This document shows, piece after piece, positions 1-9,881 of a DNA stretch of 40,149 nucleotides. This stretch comes from a virus. Taxonomy: Duplodnaviria; Caudoviricetes. Position 1 is the stretch's first letter. Each line of letters begins with the position of its first letter. The DNA is taken from positions 1 through 40,149 of the IMG/VR virus record IMGVR_UViG_3300012942_000082; one strand, written 5' to 3'. The position numbers and the translations under genes are program-made. Under the pieces are notes generated by a model. The model ran no database searches. It was given only the letters and a program-made list of their open reading frames with translations, and was not told the DNA's origin.

Positions 1-1224
1 GCTATTAGCATTAGTGCAGATGTGCTCAAGGTTGATGAGAAAGACCGCAGCGACCCAAAAGTGGTTGAGATGTTTGAGTCACGACTCGATTTCTCAGCTT
101 ACAAGTGGATACGAGAGTTTTCTAACCCAAGCAGTGTGGGTTTTGGTGTCGATGGCACATATAGCCGTTCTGACCAACGGCATTGGATGGTAACGTGCCA
201 CCGCTGCAACTACACCATGTACATGGATTTCAAGGCTGAGGATGTCTTACTAGCTGACAAGACAGTTAAAACACACTACGTCGATATTGAGCGTAAGCTG
301 TTTGCCTGCGGCAACTGCAATAGAGAACTGAGCACAGCCGATCGGACAAATGGTGAATGGGTTGCTAAATATCCCAGCAACGACAAGATACATGGCTACT
401 GGTTCAGTCAAATGATGGCCCCATGGTTCACGGCTGAAGAGATTATCGACAAGTACGAGAACAACAGTGTTGAATACTTCCATAACTTCGTACTTGGGAA
501 AGCGTTTACACCAAGTGATCTTATCGTTGACAGGGCAACTATCTTGCGTGCAACTGCCCCAAGTAATATTGCCCGGGAGCAAGTTGCGATTGGGGTTGAC
601 CAGGATGCAGGTGGCCAGTATTTTGTCGCTATGACACCACAAGGTGTCTTTGCTCATGGCTATGTTGATAGTTGGGAACGGATTGAACACTTGAAACTGA
701 TGTACAACGCTATTGTAGTCTGTGACCCCAACCCGTACCAGGCGATGCCAAAGCAGATGGCAGCAAAATATAACGATTGGTACCTATGTTACTTTAAGAA
801 CTTAGACGGTTTGTCTGCGGTGCAGTGGAAAGAAAAAGAACAGGTTGTCTATGCTGATAGGACACGCGTCATTGATATCCGCGCCAATGAGATTACCCAG
901 GGACGATTGCTATACCGTGAACACCCACATGCGTTGGAAGATATAATTGCCCACTGGAATAATTTGTATCGTACGACTGAAGAAAAAGAAGATGGACGCA
1001 GCCGTTCTATCTGGATTAAGAAGGATGATAAGCAGTCTGACTATCCATTTGCTGAGGTATACGCTAGGATTGCGCTGACGAAGTACATGGGTGGCGCAAG
1101 TGAGCTCGTTGAGGGTACATATCCAGTTGATAGGAAGCTGACAAATGTAGCTGCTAAGAATGAAAATACGGTTGCGGTTGATTTCAGTGGTATATTAGAA
1201 GACACATACGCGAACATGCAATGA
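1..1224 (+). CDS. terL: Terminase large subunit, GpA-like (5' partial)
   Basis: Frame is open from base 1 (AISISADVLKVDEKDRS, Walker-B-like). It has the CxxC..CxxC insert (CHRC/CGNC) followed by GEW..HGYW, FHNFVLG and the nuclease motif IGVDQ. It lies upstream of the portal. Confidence 0.9.
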   Translation, partial: AISISADVLKVDEKDRSDPKVVEMFESRLDFSAYKWIREFSNPSSVGFGVDGTYSRSDQRHWMVTCHRCNYTMYMDFKAEDVLLADKTVKTHYVDIERKLFACGNCNRELSTADRTNGEWVAKYPSNDKIHGYWFSQMMAPWFTAEEIIDKYENNSVEYFHNFVLGKAFTPSDLIVDRATILRATAPSNIAREQVAIGVDQDAGGQYFVAMTPQGVFAHGYVDSWERIEHLKLMYNAIVVCDPNPYQAMPKQMAAKYNDWYLCYFKNLDGLSAVQWKEKEQVVYADRTRVIDIRANEITQGRLLYREHPHALEDIIAHWNNLYRTTEEKEDGRSRSIWIKKDDKQSDYPFAEVYARIALTKYMGGASELVEGTYPVDRKLTNVAAKNENTVAVDFSGILEDTYANMQ

Positions 1225-1523
1225 ATGAAATACAACGACTTATAATCGAGCGTCGGCAATTACGGATTGAGGTGCAACCTGTTCCACAAGACAGATATTA
1301 CCGCTGCCTTGTCAGCTTAAAACGGACAGACAGACCGCGTTATTGGGGTTTCCGGTGCCATAATTGTGGTGAAAAAGTCGTGGAACTACAGAATCTTGAG
1401 GTATTTACGATAGATGACTTTTATGACCCGCAGGACATTAATAACACCGCTATTGGTAAGGTCTGCCATGGCAAAGTGGATGGAAAACGATGCGGTTATA
1501 TGTATTTTTTCCATGTCGGATGA
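1221..1523 (+). CDS. Small zinc-finger protein
   Basis: FRCHNCGEKV...VCHG...RCG motifs; ATGA overlap with the terL stop. Confidence 0.7.
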   Translation: MNEIQRLIIERRQLRIEVQPVPQDRYYRCLVSLKRTDRPRYWGFRCHNCGEKVVELQNLEVFTIDDFYDPQDINNTAIGKVCHGKVDGKRCGYMYFFHVG

Positions 1524-1559
1524 TATGCTAATGGTAATCTAACAGATTAGGAACTAACT

Positions 1560-3707
1560 TTGGCTGACACTAACCCGTATACCCAGCAGCAAGATGTCTA
1601 TGAAGAGGCATTTACTGAGCTATACACACAAGATTCTGAGTTTGAAGCACTGAGCCTTGAACTTACCGATGACCAGCTAACAAAACTACTGGTTACTTCC
1701 TTGCAAGCAGACCGTGACCACTGGAATAAGAAGCCATGGGTATTACAAGATACTGATGTCGAGAACACGGCTTTTGTATTAGGTGACCAGATTGATGACA
1801 AAGACTATCTGAAGAACGATGTGAAGTATATTGACAACCGATTGTTTACTTCTATCCGGGCAATCCTGAGCTATGCTACCGGGCAGCTTGCAAAGCCTGA
1901 GATTACCCCATCCAAAGGCGATGAGATTTACCTCAAGGCTGCTCGTGATATTGGTTCGGCACTATATCAGCACAGTTTGGATGAAAAAGTTGATTACAAG
2001 GTACGCGCTGCAGTTATGAACCTCATCAGTCGCAAGCGTGGCTTCCTAAAACTGCGTTGGGATCCAAACCGTGGCATGAATGGTGACATCGTTACTGAGG
2101 TTTGCAATCCTGAAGACATCATCATCGACCGTTATGCTGGTTATTTGGACAATCCAGCAAAGATTTACCACCGTATTCAGTCATCTATTGAGGACTTATG
2201 TGCCAAGTTTCCCAACAAATCAGACCAGATTATGTCAGCATATGGTATCCAACGGGGTGTCTATTCACAAATGTCGCGTATGGTGGCGTACTTCGAGTGC
2301 TGGTTTACGTATGCTGATGACTCAGGCAAGCCCGCTGAAGGTGTCTGCTGGTTCATCCATGAGAAAAAGCTGATTCTTGATAAGATAAAGAACCCAAACT
2401 GGGTATACATGAGTTCTGATAAGAAAGAAAAAGAAGCGAACGTCATGAGCATGCCACCAAAACCCTTTGTGGCGTTTAACTACATCAATACTGGCCATAG
2501 TTACATTGATGAAACCTGTCTTGTTGAACAGGCACGTCCCATGCAACGCTTGCTTAACAAGCGCGGGCGGCAGATTTGGGAAAATGCTGACTATGCTAAT
2601 GGCCGGTGGGTAGCAGATAAGAATGCATTTAGCCAGGAAGATGCTCGTAACCTGATTAATAAGGGTGCAAAGACGGTTGCAATGGCTGATTTAAGTAAAA
2701 CCGCCCAACCGTTGCAGAATGTGGCACCGCAAGCAATGCCGGCTTTTGTTTATAACACACTGCTTGATGCTCGTAATGAGATTGACCAGATTATGGGTAC
2801 GCCAAGTCAGTTCCGCGGTAGCGCGCCGGAAAGCCAAGATACACTTGGCCGCGATTTGCTCGTAAAACAACAGGCCGGGGCGCTGCAGGATGACCTCGTG
2901 GCTGCAGTAGCGATGAGCATGGAAACGTATTACACCATTAAACTGCAAATGATGCGCGTGTATTACACCGATGACTACTGGTTCCAAACACGCGGTGGTG
3001 ATGGCAAGTACGATTTCATCATTATCAATGGCGAGAAGCTTGATAGTAACGTCAAGGTTGGTGTCCAGACTGATTCTACGTTGCCACTTGATAAAGCCAC
3101 GATTCGGGCAACGGCAATGCAGCTCTGGCAAGCAGGACAGGCAATTGACTACAAGACATTCATGGAAGACCTTGGCTTACCAAACCCAGACATCCGCGCC
3201 GAGCGCTACCTCAAGAGTAAGATTGATCCGCTGAACTACCTCAAGTCTGTCGAAGTTGACCAGATTGACGATGACGCTGAAAGCGATATCCAGTTACTCA
3301 TCATGAATAAGACACCGGATGAACGTGATAACTACGATGAGAACTACTTTAATTACTTCAACCGCTTTATGGCCAGCAACCGGTTCAATAAGCTTATGGG
3401 TGAGAATCCAAAGGCCGCTCAGCGTATTGTTGCCTTCATTATGGCTATCCAGCATGTTATGATGCAATCAGCTAACCTACAGGGCTCACTGATTGACGAG
3501 GCTGGTATCGTGAATGACCCAATGGCGATGCCACTACCAAAGCAATCTATCGATATCCGTGCAACACCTGACCCTATGACCTCAGACCGCTTGGCAGCTC
3601 AAGCTGCTGGCATACCACTACAGAATAGCCAACAGCAAGCCGTCAATCAGACACCGCAGCCACCACAAAGTCCACAGTCACCGACACCACCCGTACCAAC
3701 GCAATAA
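1560..3707 (+). CDS. Portal protein (podovirus/P22-like)
   Basis: 715 aa after terL; features such as LKLRWD, NPEDIIID, MQRLLNK and a Pro/Gln-rich tail; position. Confidence 0.8.
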   Translation: MADTNPYTQQQDVYEEAFTELYTQDSEFEALSLELTDDQLTKLLVTSLQADRDHWNKKPWVLQDTDVENTAFVLGDQIDDKDYLKNDVKYIDNRLFTSIRAILSYATGQLAKPEITPSKGDEIYLKAARDIGSALYQHSLDEKVDYKVRAAVMNLISRKRGFLKLRWDPNRGMNGDIVTEVCNPEDIIIDRYAGYLDNPAKIYHRIQSSIEDLCAKFPNKSDQIMSAYGIQRGVYSQMSRMVAYFECWFTYADDSGKPAEGVCWFIHEKKLILDKIKNPNWVYMSSDKKEKEANVMSMPPKPFVAFNYINTGHSYIDETCLVEQARPMQRLLNKRGRQIWENADYANGRWVADKNAFSQEDARNLINKGAKTVAMADLSKTAQPLQNVAPQAMPAFVYNTLLDARNEIDQIMGTPSQFRGSAPESQDTLGRDLLVKQQAGALQDDLVAAVAMSMETYYTIKLQMMRVYYTDDYWFQTRGGDGKYDFIIINGEKLDSNVKVGVQTDSTLPLDKATIRATAMQLWQAGQAIDYKTFMEDLGLPNPDIRAERYLKSKIDPLNYLKSVEVDQIDDDAESDIQLLIMNKTPDERDNYDENYFNYFNRFMASNRFNKLMGENPKAAQRIVAFIMAIQHVMMQSANLQGSLIDEAGIVNDPMAMPLPKQSIDIRATPDPMTSDRLAAQAAGIPLQNSQQQAVNQTPQPPQSPQSPTPPVPTQ

Positions 3708-3723
3708 CGTAAAGGAGTAAGAT

Positions 3724-4692
3724 ATGGCAGACCAACCACAAACAACAGAGGCAGAACGCGCACAGGCTGCGAGCGATGCCGCAGCAAAGGCAGCACAACT
3801 ATGGCAGGGAGATTTTGACGAAGCAGATCTCAGTATTCCTTATAAGCCACAGACTGTTAAGTCTGATGATGAGTCGGCTGAAGACGATAATGCAGACCAC
3901 ACCCATGATGGTGATGAACAGCCTGGTGAAGGTGACAATCCTAATAAACAGGACACAGTAGAGCCGGAACAATATGCTGAAGCATCGCAAGTTGTGACTG
4001 TGCAAGACCCCGGTGATTTCGTACCAGCTGATTATTCTTTTGAAGTCACATTAGCCAATGGTAAGACCGTGAAAGTATCTACCCCTGAACAGGCTGATGA
4101 GATTGCTGACAATGATGAGAACTTCGAGTCTACTAAGCAGTTGATGGATTTCATCAAGAAATCGAATAAGATGCAACGTCAGCTTGACCGTGACTACGAT
4201 AAATGGGAAGCACAAAAGCAAACCTTTGAACAGCAGAAAGCTGAAGAAGATGCGCGGATAGAAACCGTTAAGAATCTGGTTTCTGGTTTTGAGTACCTGG
4301 AATCAAAAGGCCGTCTACCTAAATTAACAGAGGAAGAACGGAATACAGATTGGACAAAGCTTGATGTATCTAAGCATCCGAATGTCAAAGCACATATGGA
4401 TTTAATTGAATACATGGAACGAGAGAACCAAATACGAGATAAAGCAGGTGTTCCACGTTTGAACTCTGCGCTTGATGCAATTAATGCCTATGACCTTGAT
4501 AATCGTGGCAAACAAGAAGATAACACCAAGAAAGCAGCCGGCGAAGCCAGGCGTGCAGCTGGTTCCCGTGTTGCTAGCCCAAGTGCAAGTAGCCAAGGCC
4601 AGTATGTACCGAAGGGCATTGCTGTTGGTCGTACTTTGAACTTCCGTGGCGGCCAAGATGCCTGGAACGCAGTTCTTGAGGCACAACAATAA
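3724..4692 (+). CDS. Putative capsid scaffolding protein
   Basis: Acidic N-terminus and coiled-coil core; between portal and capsid; SD AAAGGAG. Confidence 0.65.
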   Translation: MADQPQTTEAERAQAASDAAAKAAQLWQGDFDEADLSIPYKPQTVKSDDESAEDDNADHTHDGDEQPGEGDNPNKQDTVEPEQYAEASQVVTVQDPGDFVPADYSFEVTLANGKTVKVSTPEQADEIADNDENFESTKQLMDFIKKSNKMQRQLDRDYDKWEAQKQTFEQQKAEEDARIETVKNLVSGFEYLESKGRLPKLTEEERNTDWTKLDVSKHPNVKAHMDLIEYMERENQIRDKAGVPRLNSALDAINAYDLDNRGKQEDNTKKAAGEARRAAGSRVASPSASSQGQYVPKGIAVGRTLNFRGGQDAWNAVLEAQQ

Positions 4693-4697
4693 TCCAG

Positions 4698-4763
4698 TTG
4701 ACAGAATAGCGAAAGCACTTTATTCTTCATCGTAGGAGAAGCCCGGTTAGTCCGGGCTTTTTT
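4698..4763 (+). promoter_or_regulatory. Promoter plus promoter-proximal terminator (late element 1, before major capsid)
   Basis: TTGACA-17-TATTCT, then GTAGGAG AAGCCCGG-ttagt-CCGGGCTT TTTT. Confidence 0.8.
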
Positions 4764-4786
4764 AGTTAAAAGAATAAGGAGAACGC

Positions 4787-5860
4787 ATGTCGGCGACAGC
4801 CCAAAATGACAGGGTGAATAACATTACCCTCCAGGACTACAACTCAACAGTAGTCGACACCATTAACAAATCAAGTGAAATCATGAAGCGTGTGGTTTCT
4901 CGTCCAGTTCCATGGAACGGTCGAAGCTACAGTTCACCAATTTTCACCAATAACAGCCAGCTCGGTATGAGCTTTAAGGGTACTGAAACTGTCGATACTA
5001 CGATTGACTACAACACCCAGCAGATGACTTGGTTCCCAACCGGTTATTTGCAACCAGTCGGTGTCAGCATCGTGGAGCGTTCGATTAACGCCACTCCAAG
5101 TGGTGTTATTGACCTTTACAAGTCTTCCTACCAGTATGCACAGAACTCCATGATTACTGCCCTCGGCCAGATTTTCTACGGCTATGGTAACGGTAACGAC
5201 TTTGATGGTCTGGGCAACATTGTTGACGATGGCACAAACACTTCTAGCTATGCAGGACTGAGCCGCACCACTTACCCAACCATTAACGGTTTCCTGACGA
5301 CTGCATCCGGTGGTGTATTAACGCTTGACCTGATGGCTGCTGCTGACGATGGCGCAACCATTTCTGGTAACGAGTCTGAGACACCAAATGTCATCATGAG
5401 CAACCAGACTGTCTGGAGTCTCTACGAAAGCTTGCTGACCCCAACGGTTAACAGCTATTACATGGGTCAAGGTGGTGATTTCGTTGATGGTTCTACTAGT
5501 GTTAAACAAAGCGTATCCCAGAGCGACTCATTGTGGCTCAAGCAAGGTGCTACAAGCGTCAGCTTCCGTGGTAAACCCTTGGTTCGTGACCAGAAGGCTC
5601 CAAGTGGTGTCATGTTCGGTCTGAACGAGAACTGGTTCTACTTTAAGAGCTTGAAACTCCAGGGTCTTGACCTGATTGCTACCCAAGAAGATGCCACTGC
5701 TGGTGCCTACGATTCTTACAAGGTTTCTGCCTTCCAGTTCCGTGAACCACTCATGCCGGTTAACCAGTTAGCTGAAGTTGGTATCTTCGTGATGTATGGC
5801 CAGTTCTACTGTGAGAACCCGAACCGCAACTTTAAGATTAGTGGTATCTCAACTACTTAG
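4787..5860 (+). CDS. Major capsid protein
   Basis: 357 aa; FYGYGNGNDFDGLGNIVDD..YAGLSR, FRGKPLVRD and YGQFYCENP pattern typical of HK97-fold coats of this phage type; strong SD AAGGAG. Confidence 0.85.
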   Translation: MSATAQNDRVNNITLQDYNSTVVDTINKSSEIMKRVVSRPVPWNGRSYSSPIFTNNSQLGMSFKGTETVDTTIDYNTQQMTWFPTGYLQPVGVSIVERSINATPSGVIDLYKSSYQYAQNSMITALGQIFYGYGNGNDFDGLGNIVDDGTNTSSYAGLSRTTYPTINGFLTTASGGVLTLDLMAAADDGATISGNESETPNVIMSNQTVWSLYESLLTPTVNSYYMGQGGDFVDGSTSVKQSVSQSDSLWLKQGATSVSFRGKPLVRDQKAPSGVMFGLNENWFYFKSLKLQGLDLIATQEDATAGAYDSYKVSAFQFREPLMPVNQLAEVGIFVMYGQFYCENPNRNFKISGISTT

Positions 5861-5892
5861 GAAGAAAAGAAAGGATATAGGAGAAATAACAT

Positions 5893-6624
5893 ATGGGTTT
5901 AGCAGCAACAATTCAGATTGCCGACCAAGATGTCTATCAGCAATCTACTGTAGCGAACTCTGAACTAATTGGTCAGATCGCTCAGACTTCATCGGGTCTT
6001 ACATGGATGTACGCCAACGCCGGTGGTGCATTGACTGCTGGTCAGGTTACACAGCCTGTCGCTGTCACTGCAAACTACGCTACTCGTACACTTTCTACGG
6101 GTGTAGCAGCTGGCTCCAACCAGGTAACTATCCCACTTGGTACTACCGCTACTCAGAACGCCTTTGTAGGCTTCTGGTTGGTCGTTACTGATGGTACCGG
6201 TAAGGGTCAGGGTGCGTACTACGTTACGGGTAACACCGCAGCTACTGCTGGTAACAGCAATACAACGACTGTCAGCATTCGTGGGGCTATCAACATCGCA
6301 CTAGACAACACTAGTGTAGTTGGTCTGTACCCAAGCCAGACCAGCGCTATTACGCAGCACACTGCTAGTTCAGCAATTCCCGTTTCTGGTGTACCAACCA
6401 TTAATGTTACAAGTGGTAACTGGTGCTGGGTTCAGACCGGTGGCTATGCTTCCGTTCTGTCTGACCAGGCTATTACCAAGTACGCAATGGCTATCCCATC
6501 CGCTTCGGTGGCTGGTGCAGTCACTATCGACCTAGCTGCTACCGTTACCGGTGCAGTCGGTTACGCGCCTGAATTGACTGTCGATACGAAGTACTCACCA
6601 CTTGTGCTAACGTTGCTGACATAG
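5893..6624 (+). CDS. Putative capsid decoration/minor capsid protein
   Basis: Follows the capsid gene; WMYANAG and WCWVQTGG motifs; Ala/Thr-rich. Confidence 0.6.
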   Translation: MGLAATIQIADQDVYQQSTVANSELIGQIAQTSSGLTWMYANAGGALTAGQVTQPVAVTANYATRTLSTGVAAGSNQVTIPLGTTATQNAFVGFWLVVTDGTGKGQGAYYVTGNTAATAGNSNTTTVSIRGAINIALDNTSVVGLYPSQTSAITQHTASSAIPVSGVPTINVTSGNWCWVQTGGYASVLSDQAITKYAMAIPSASVAGAVTIDLAATVTGAVGYAPELTVDTKYSPLVLTLLT

Positions 6625-6634
6625 GAGTAATCTG

Positions 6635-6934
6635 ATGGCAATTGGAAACAAGAAACTCGAAAACTATAAATCAGTTGTTAAGTACAACCAAGGTCTTACT
6701 AGTAACTATCCCGCATACTTTTCAAAAGGTGTGGCAACTACCTCTGGTGGTACGCTTACGAGCGGTGTCCAGATTGGTGCAGGTGGTGCCGGTGTCTTTA
6801 CGGGCACTGGCACACCAACCTTTACTGCTCCGGCTGGCAGTCTTTTCCTAAACATTGCTGGTAGTGGTACAGCCAACCGTTTATTCGTTACCTCTGGTAG
6901 TGGTACTTGGATAGCAGTAACGACCGCAAGCTAG
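6635..6934 (+). CDS. Small virion protein
   Basis: GTGTPT..APAGSLFL..LFV...GTW motif common in phage structural proteins; SD AGGAG. Confidence 0.6.
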   Translation: MAIGNKKLENYKSVVKYNQGLTSNYPAYFSKGVATTSGGTLTSGVQIGAGGAGVFTGTGTPTFTAPAGSLFLNIAGSGTANRLFVTSGSGTWIAVTTAS

Positions 6935-6942
6935 GAGGTAGA

Positions 6943-7158
6943 ATGGCAGATACGCACATCAACGCATTTGAACAAGAAGTCGAAGAAGCAAAGCTAAAGG
7001 TTAACCAAGCTCAAGCTGAACTCCAGACCGCCCGTCAGCGATTTGAAGATAAGAAACGTGAGCTTGGCCTAACTGAAACGACTGAACCTGCTCCAGTTGA
7101 GCCACAGGACCCAACCGTGAAGGCAACCGTAAATACAGGCGATAAGAAGAAAAAATAA
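6943..7158 (+). CDS. Hypothetical coiled-coil protein
   Basis: Likely start at ATG 6943 after SD AGGAGG. Confidence 0.6.
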   Translation: MADTHINAFEQEVEEAKLKVNQAQAELQTARQRFEDKKRELGLTETTEPAPVEPQDPTVKATVNTGDKKKK

Positions 7159-7406
7159 TGGTATACATAACTGCATCCGGTTCTCAAACAGTCGCTACTG
7201 CCTGTAATGGCTTGTACGTACAAGTTAATACTGCATTGACTGGTACAATTACATTGGCCGCCGGCGGAACTACCTTTGCAGTTATTACCAATCCTACCGC
7301 TGGCAATATTTTTCGGTATAATGGATTACGTGGTAAAGGTGCGATAACAGTTAATCCGAGCGCAACGACGGATATAACGATTAGCTTCCTTAACCGCGAT
7401 ATATAA
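7158..7406 (+). CDS. Small beta-rich virion protein
   Basis: TAATG coupling; Thr/Gly-rich. Confidence 0.6.
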   Translation: MVYITASGSQTVATACNGLYVQVNTALTGTITLAAGGTTFAVITNPTAGNIFRYNGLRGKGAITVNPSATTDITISFLNRDI

Positions 7407-7425
7407 GACAGGCTTGATCAGCACT

Positions 7426-7459
7426 GCAGCACCTATTACAGGGTGCTGTTTTGCTTTTT
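7426..7459 (+). terminator. Intrinsic terminator of the capsid operon
   Basis: GCAGCACC-loop-GGTGCTGT followed by TTTGCTTTTT. Confidence 0.7.
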
Positions 7460-7485
7460 ATAATGCATATGGTATATTTTGCTCT

Positions 7486-7689
7486 ATGACTATAGAGGAA
7501 CGAATCAAGAACGCAGAACAGCGGTTTAATGAGTTAGATACCCAACGTAATTCAATTAATGAGGAAATGGCTAAGCTCCAAGGAGAATGGCGTGTCCTAC
7601 AAGATATGTTGAAAGAGCAGGAAAGCTCAGATGAACCAAATAAAGAGGCAGCTGTTATCGAGGCAGTGCCAGAAGAGGAGAGTAAATAA
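7486..7689 (+). CDS. Hypothetical coiled-coil protein
   Basis: Probable start MTIEER at 7486, just after an extended -10 (TGGTATATT). The ORF-track start at 7414 runs through the terminator. Confidence 0.6.
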   Translation: MTIEERIKNAEQRFNELDTQRNSINEEMAKLQGEWRVLQDMLKEQESSDEPNKEAAVIEAVPEEESK

Positions 7690-8354
7690 TGGCAGTTGTA
7701 GGCCCTGGTGCAATCGTACAGAATGATGTCGCCCCTGAACCACTTCTAACCGGTATTAGTGAGTATGAGTATGTAACGGTACATAACCCGCTGAATGATG
7801 ACTTTGCAGTCCAGGTAGCCCAAGATATTCCTGTTAATATGCCGATGGAAATTAGAGATAAGACAGCTGGTGTCCAAGACCGTAATGGGTTAGTTATGAA
7901 CTATGGCCAAGACTTTAAAAACCCTGACTTTCAGTCTAGGAAGCATGTTTTGAACCAGACTATTATCCCAGCTGGTAAAAGTGTTAACTTCCGTGGCAAT
8001 GAAGCAATGGTAGCTGTCCGTCAGCTTACTAATGAGCTTATGCAACGCGAGAAGAACTCCAAGTTTCTAGCAGATCCACACTTGCGCCGTGTAGCTGAGG
8101 AAAAAATCGTAGTGAAGCGTGGCTATATCCAAGAACTTATGGATACTACAATTCAGTCTCCGCAGCAGCAGGCATTACATGCAATTGACCAATCAAATGA
8201 GGTAGGACATGTCCAAGAACAAGCTTTCCCCGCCCTCGGCCAGCAACCTGAATCAGGAGATAGCAGCCAAACAGCACCAGCTGAATCACCTGCAGCAAGC
8301 GATTCAAGTGAGCCAAGACGAGTGGGACGCCCAAAGAAAACAGATAGCCAGTGA
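7689..8354 (+). CDS. Hypothetical protein
   Basis: 221-aa ORF, TAATG-coupled; ends in RRVGRPKK. Confidence 0.7.
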   Translation: MAVVGPGAIVQNDVAPEPLLTGISEYEYVTVHNPLNDDFAVQVAQDIPVNMPMEIRDKTAGVQDRNGLVMNYGQDFKNPDFQSRKHVLNQTIIPAGKSVNFRGNEAMVAVRQLTNELMQREKNSKFLADPHLRRVAEEKIVVKRGYIQELMDTTIQSPQQQALHAIDQSNEVGHVQEQAFPALGQQPESGDSSQTAPAESPAASDSSEPRRVGRPKKTDSQ

Positions 8355-9003
8355 TACGGAAATCACCATTCAGTCTTCAAGAGAGGCGATTGAGAAAGCT
8401 ACTACTGAAGCTAAAAAGGCGCTAAAGAAGCTTGAGGATCAGAAAGTAGTTGCTGAGGAATTGGCACAAGACAACCAGAAGAAGTATGAAACTTCTATTA
8501 TTGCTTATGAACAGTGGTTAAAAGACTTAGAACATGATATAAAAGTTGCTTCTCGTACTAATGCAAACTTGCAAGAAGAGAATCGTAATCTCATAAGTGA
8601 TATTGAAGTCCGAAAAGACTCCGTGAGTGACCTTAAGCGTCAAGAAGAAGGTTTGTCTGGCCAAATAGCTGAACTTAAGATACAGGATGAACAAGCTGCT
8701 GACCATTTAGTGGAACTGCGTAAGCAAGAACAAGCATTAGAGAAACAGATAGAAGAGCTAAAAGCTGACTTTAACCGTGAAAAAGCTGATATTGAACACG
8801 AACTGACTATCCTACAGGCCAAATTATCTGACTTACAGCAAGAGATACTCAGTAACCGACAAAAGGATGAAAAGGTACGCGATAATCTTGCCCAATGGGC
8901 TAAAAACCTTGAAGCGCAAGACCAAAATATCCGGATTAGAGAAGAAAAACTTAGCCAACAGCAAAGTGCTATTGCTAGAAACTATAATTTGTTGAACTTA
9001 TAA
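8209..9003 (+). CDS. Long coiled-coil protein
   Basis: Heptad-rich throughout; SD-like GAGGTAGGA upstream; overlaps the previous gene. Confidence 0.7.
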   Translation: MSKNKLSPPSASNLNQEIAAKQHQLNHLQQAIQVSQDEWDAQRKQIASDTEITIQSSREAIEKATTEAKKALKKLEDQKVVAEELAQDNQKKYETSIIAYEQWLKDLEHDIKVASRTNANLQEENRNLISDIEVRKDSVSDLKRQEEGLSGQIAELKIQDEQAADHLVELRKQEQALEKQIEELKADFNREKADIEHELTILQAKLSDLQQEILSNRQKDEKVRDNLAQWAKNLEAQDQNIRIREEKLSQQQSAIARNYNLLNL

Positions 9004-9011
9004 GCTATAAT

Positions 9012-9881
9012 TTGGCACAAATGGCCTCTACTGCACGAACTCCCAACAATATTGAAGGCTTAAGTGCCCAAAATTCTGTAACAGGACAAAATGAGTACTT
9101 ACAGAGCACAGCACACGCATTAGATGTCTATGTTACCAATGGTGGAAGTGGTGGCGGAGACGTACAATATACCGATGGACAGGTTTCGCCTACTCACCCT
9201 ATTGGTAATGCCCTAACCTATAGCAACGGTACAAATATGATTGCTGTTAGTAGCAGCAATCCATTGCCGGTGAATGCATCTGTGAGTATTACAGGTGTTT
9301 CTACGGCTGCTAATCAGACGAGTGGTGGCCAAAAGACACAAGTTGTCGATGCTTCAGGCAATGTTATAGGGTCAACTTCCAATGCACTTAATACATACAT
9401 AACAGGTGGTACAATTGGAAATACTTCATTTCAAGTTACCCAGGCTACCGCTTCCCAACTTAATGCCACAGTAGTAGGAACGGGTACATTTGCCGTACAA
9501 GCCGCCCAAAGTGGTACATGGAACATTACGAATATTAGTGGTACCGTAAGCCTACCAACTGGAGCGGCTACTTCAGCCAACCAAACAAATGGTTCCCAAC
9601 GAAGTGGTTCATCTAGTTCCACAGTTAATGTTGGTCAGACTACTTCTGGTACAACTGCTGTTCAGCTGACTGCTACGTCAATCTCCATGACGAATGGCAT
9701 TCTAGTACAAGCATTATCTACTAATACGGCTTCAGTTTTCATTGGTGGAACTGGAGTGACTACTGCAACAGGTTTTGAACTCCAACCAGGCCAGGCAGTT
9801 CCTTTTACAGCCGCTAATATCACCAGTCTTTACGTTGTAGGGAGCAACACCAGCGATAAAGTCTGCTGGAATGTCTTGTAG
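9012..9881 (+). CDS. Virion fibre/spike-like protein
   Basis: Ser/Thr/Gly-rich with repeated ATSANQT/STAANQT; C-terminal beta domain (ILVQA..N...VFIGG..V....GFEL.PG). Confidence 0.6.
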   Translation: MAQMASTARTPNNIEGLSAQNSVTGQNEYLQSTAHALDVYVTNGGSGGGDVQYTDGQVSPTHPIGNALTYSNGTNMIAVSSSNPLPVNASVSITGVSTAANQTSGGQKTQVVDASGNVIGSTSNALNTYITGGTIGNTSFQVTQATASQLNATVVGTGTFAVQAAQSGTWNITNISGTVSLPTGAATSANQTNGSQRSGSSSSTVNVGQTTSGTTAVQLTATSISMTNGILVQALSTNTASVFIGGTGVTTATGFELQPGQAVPFTAANITSLYVVGSNTSDKVCWNVL

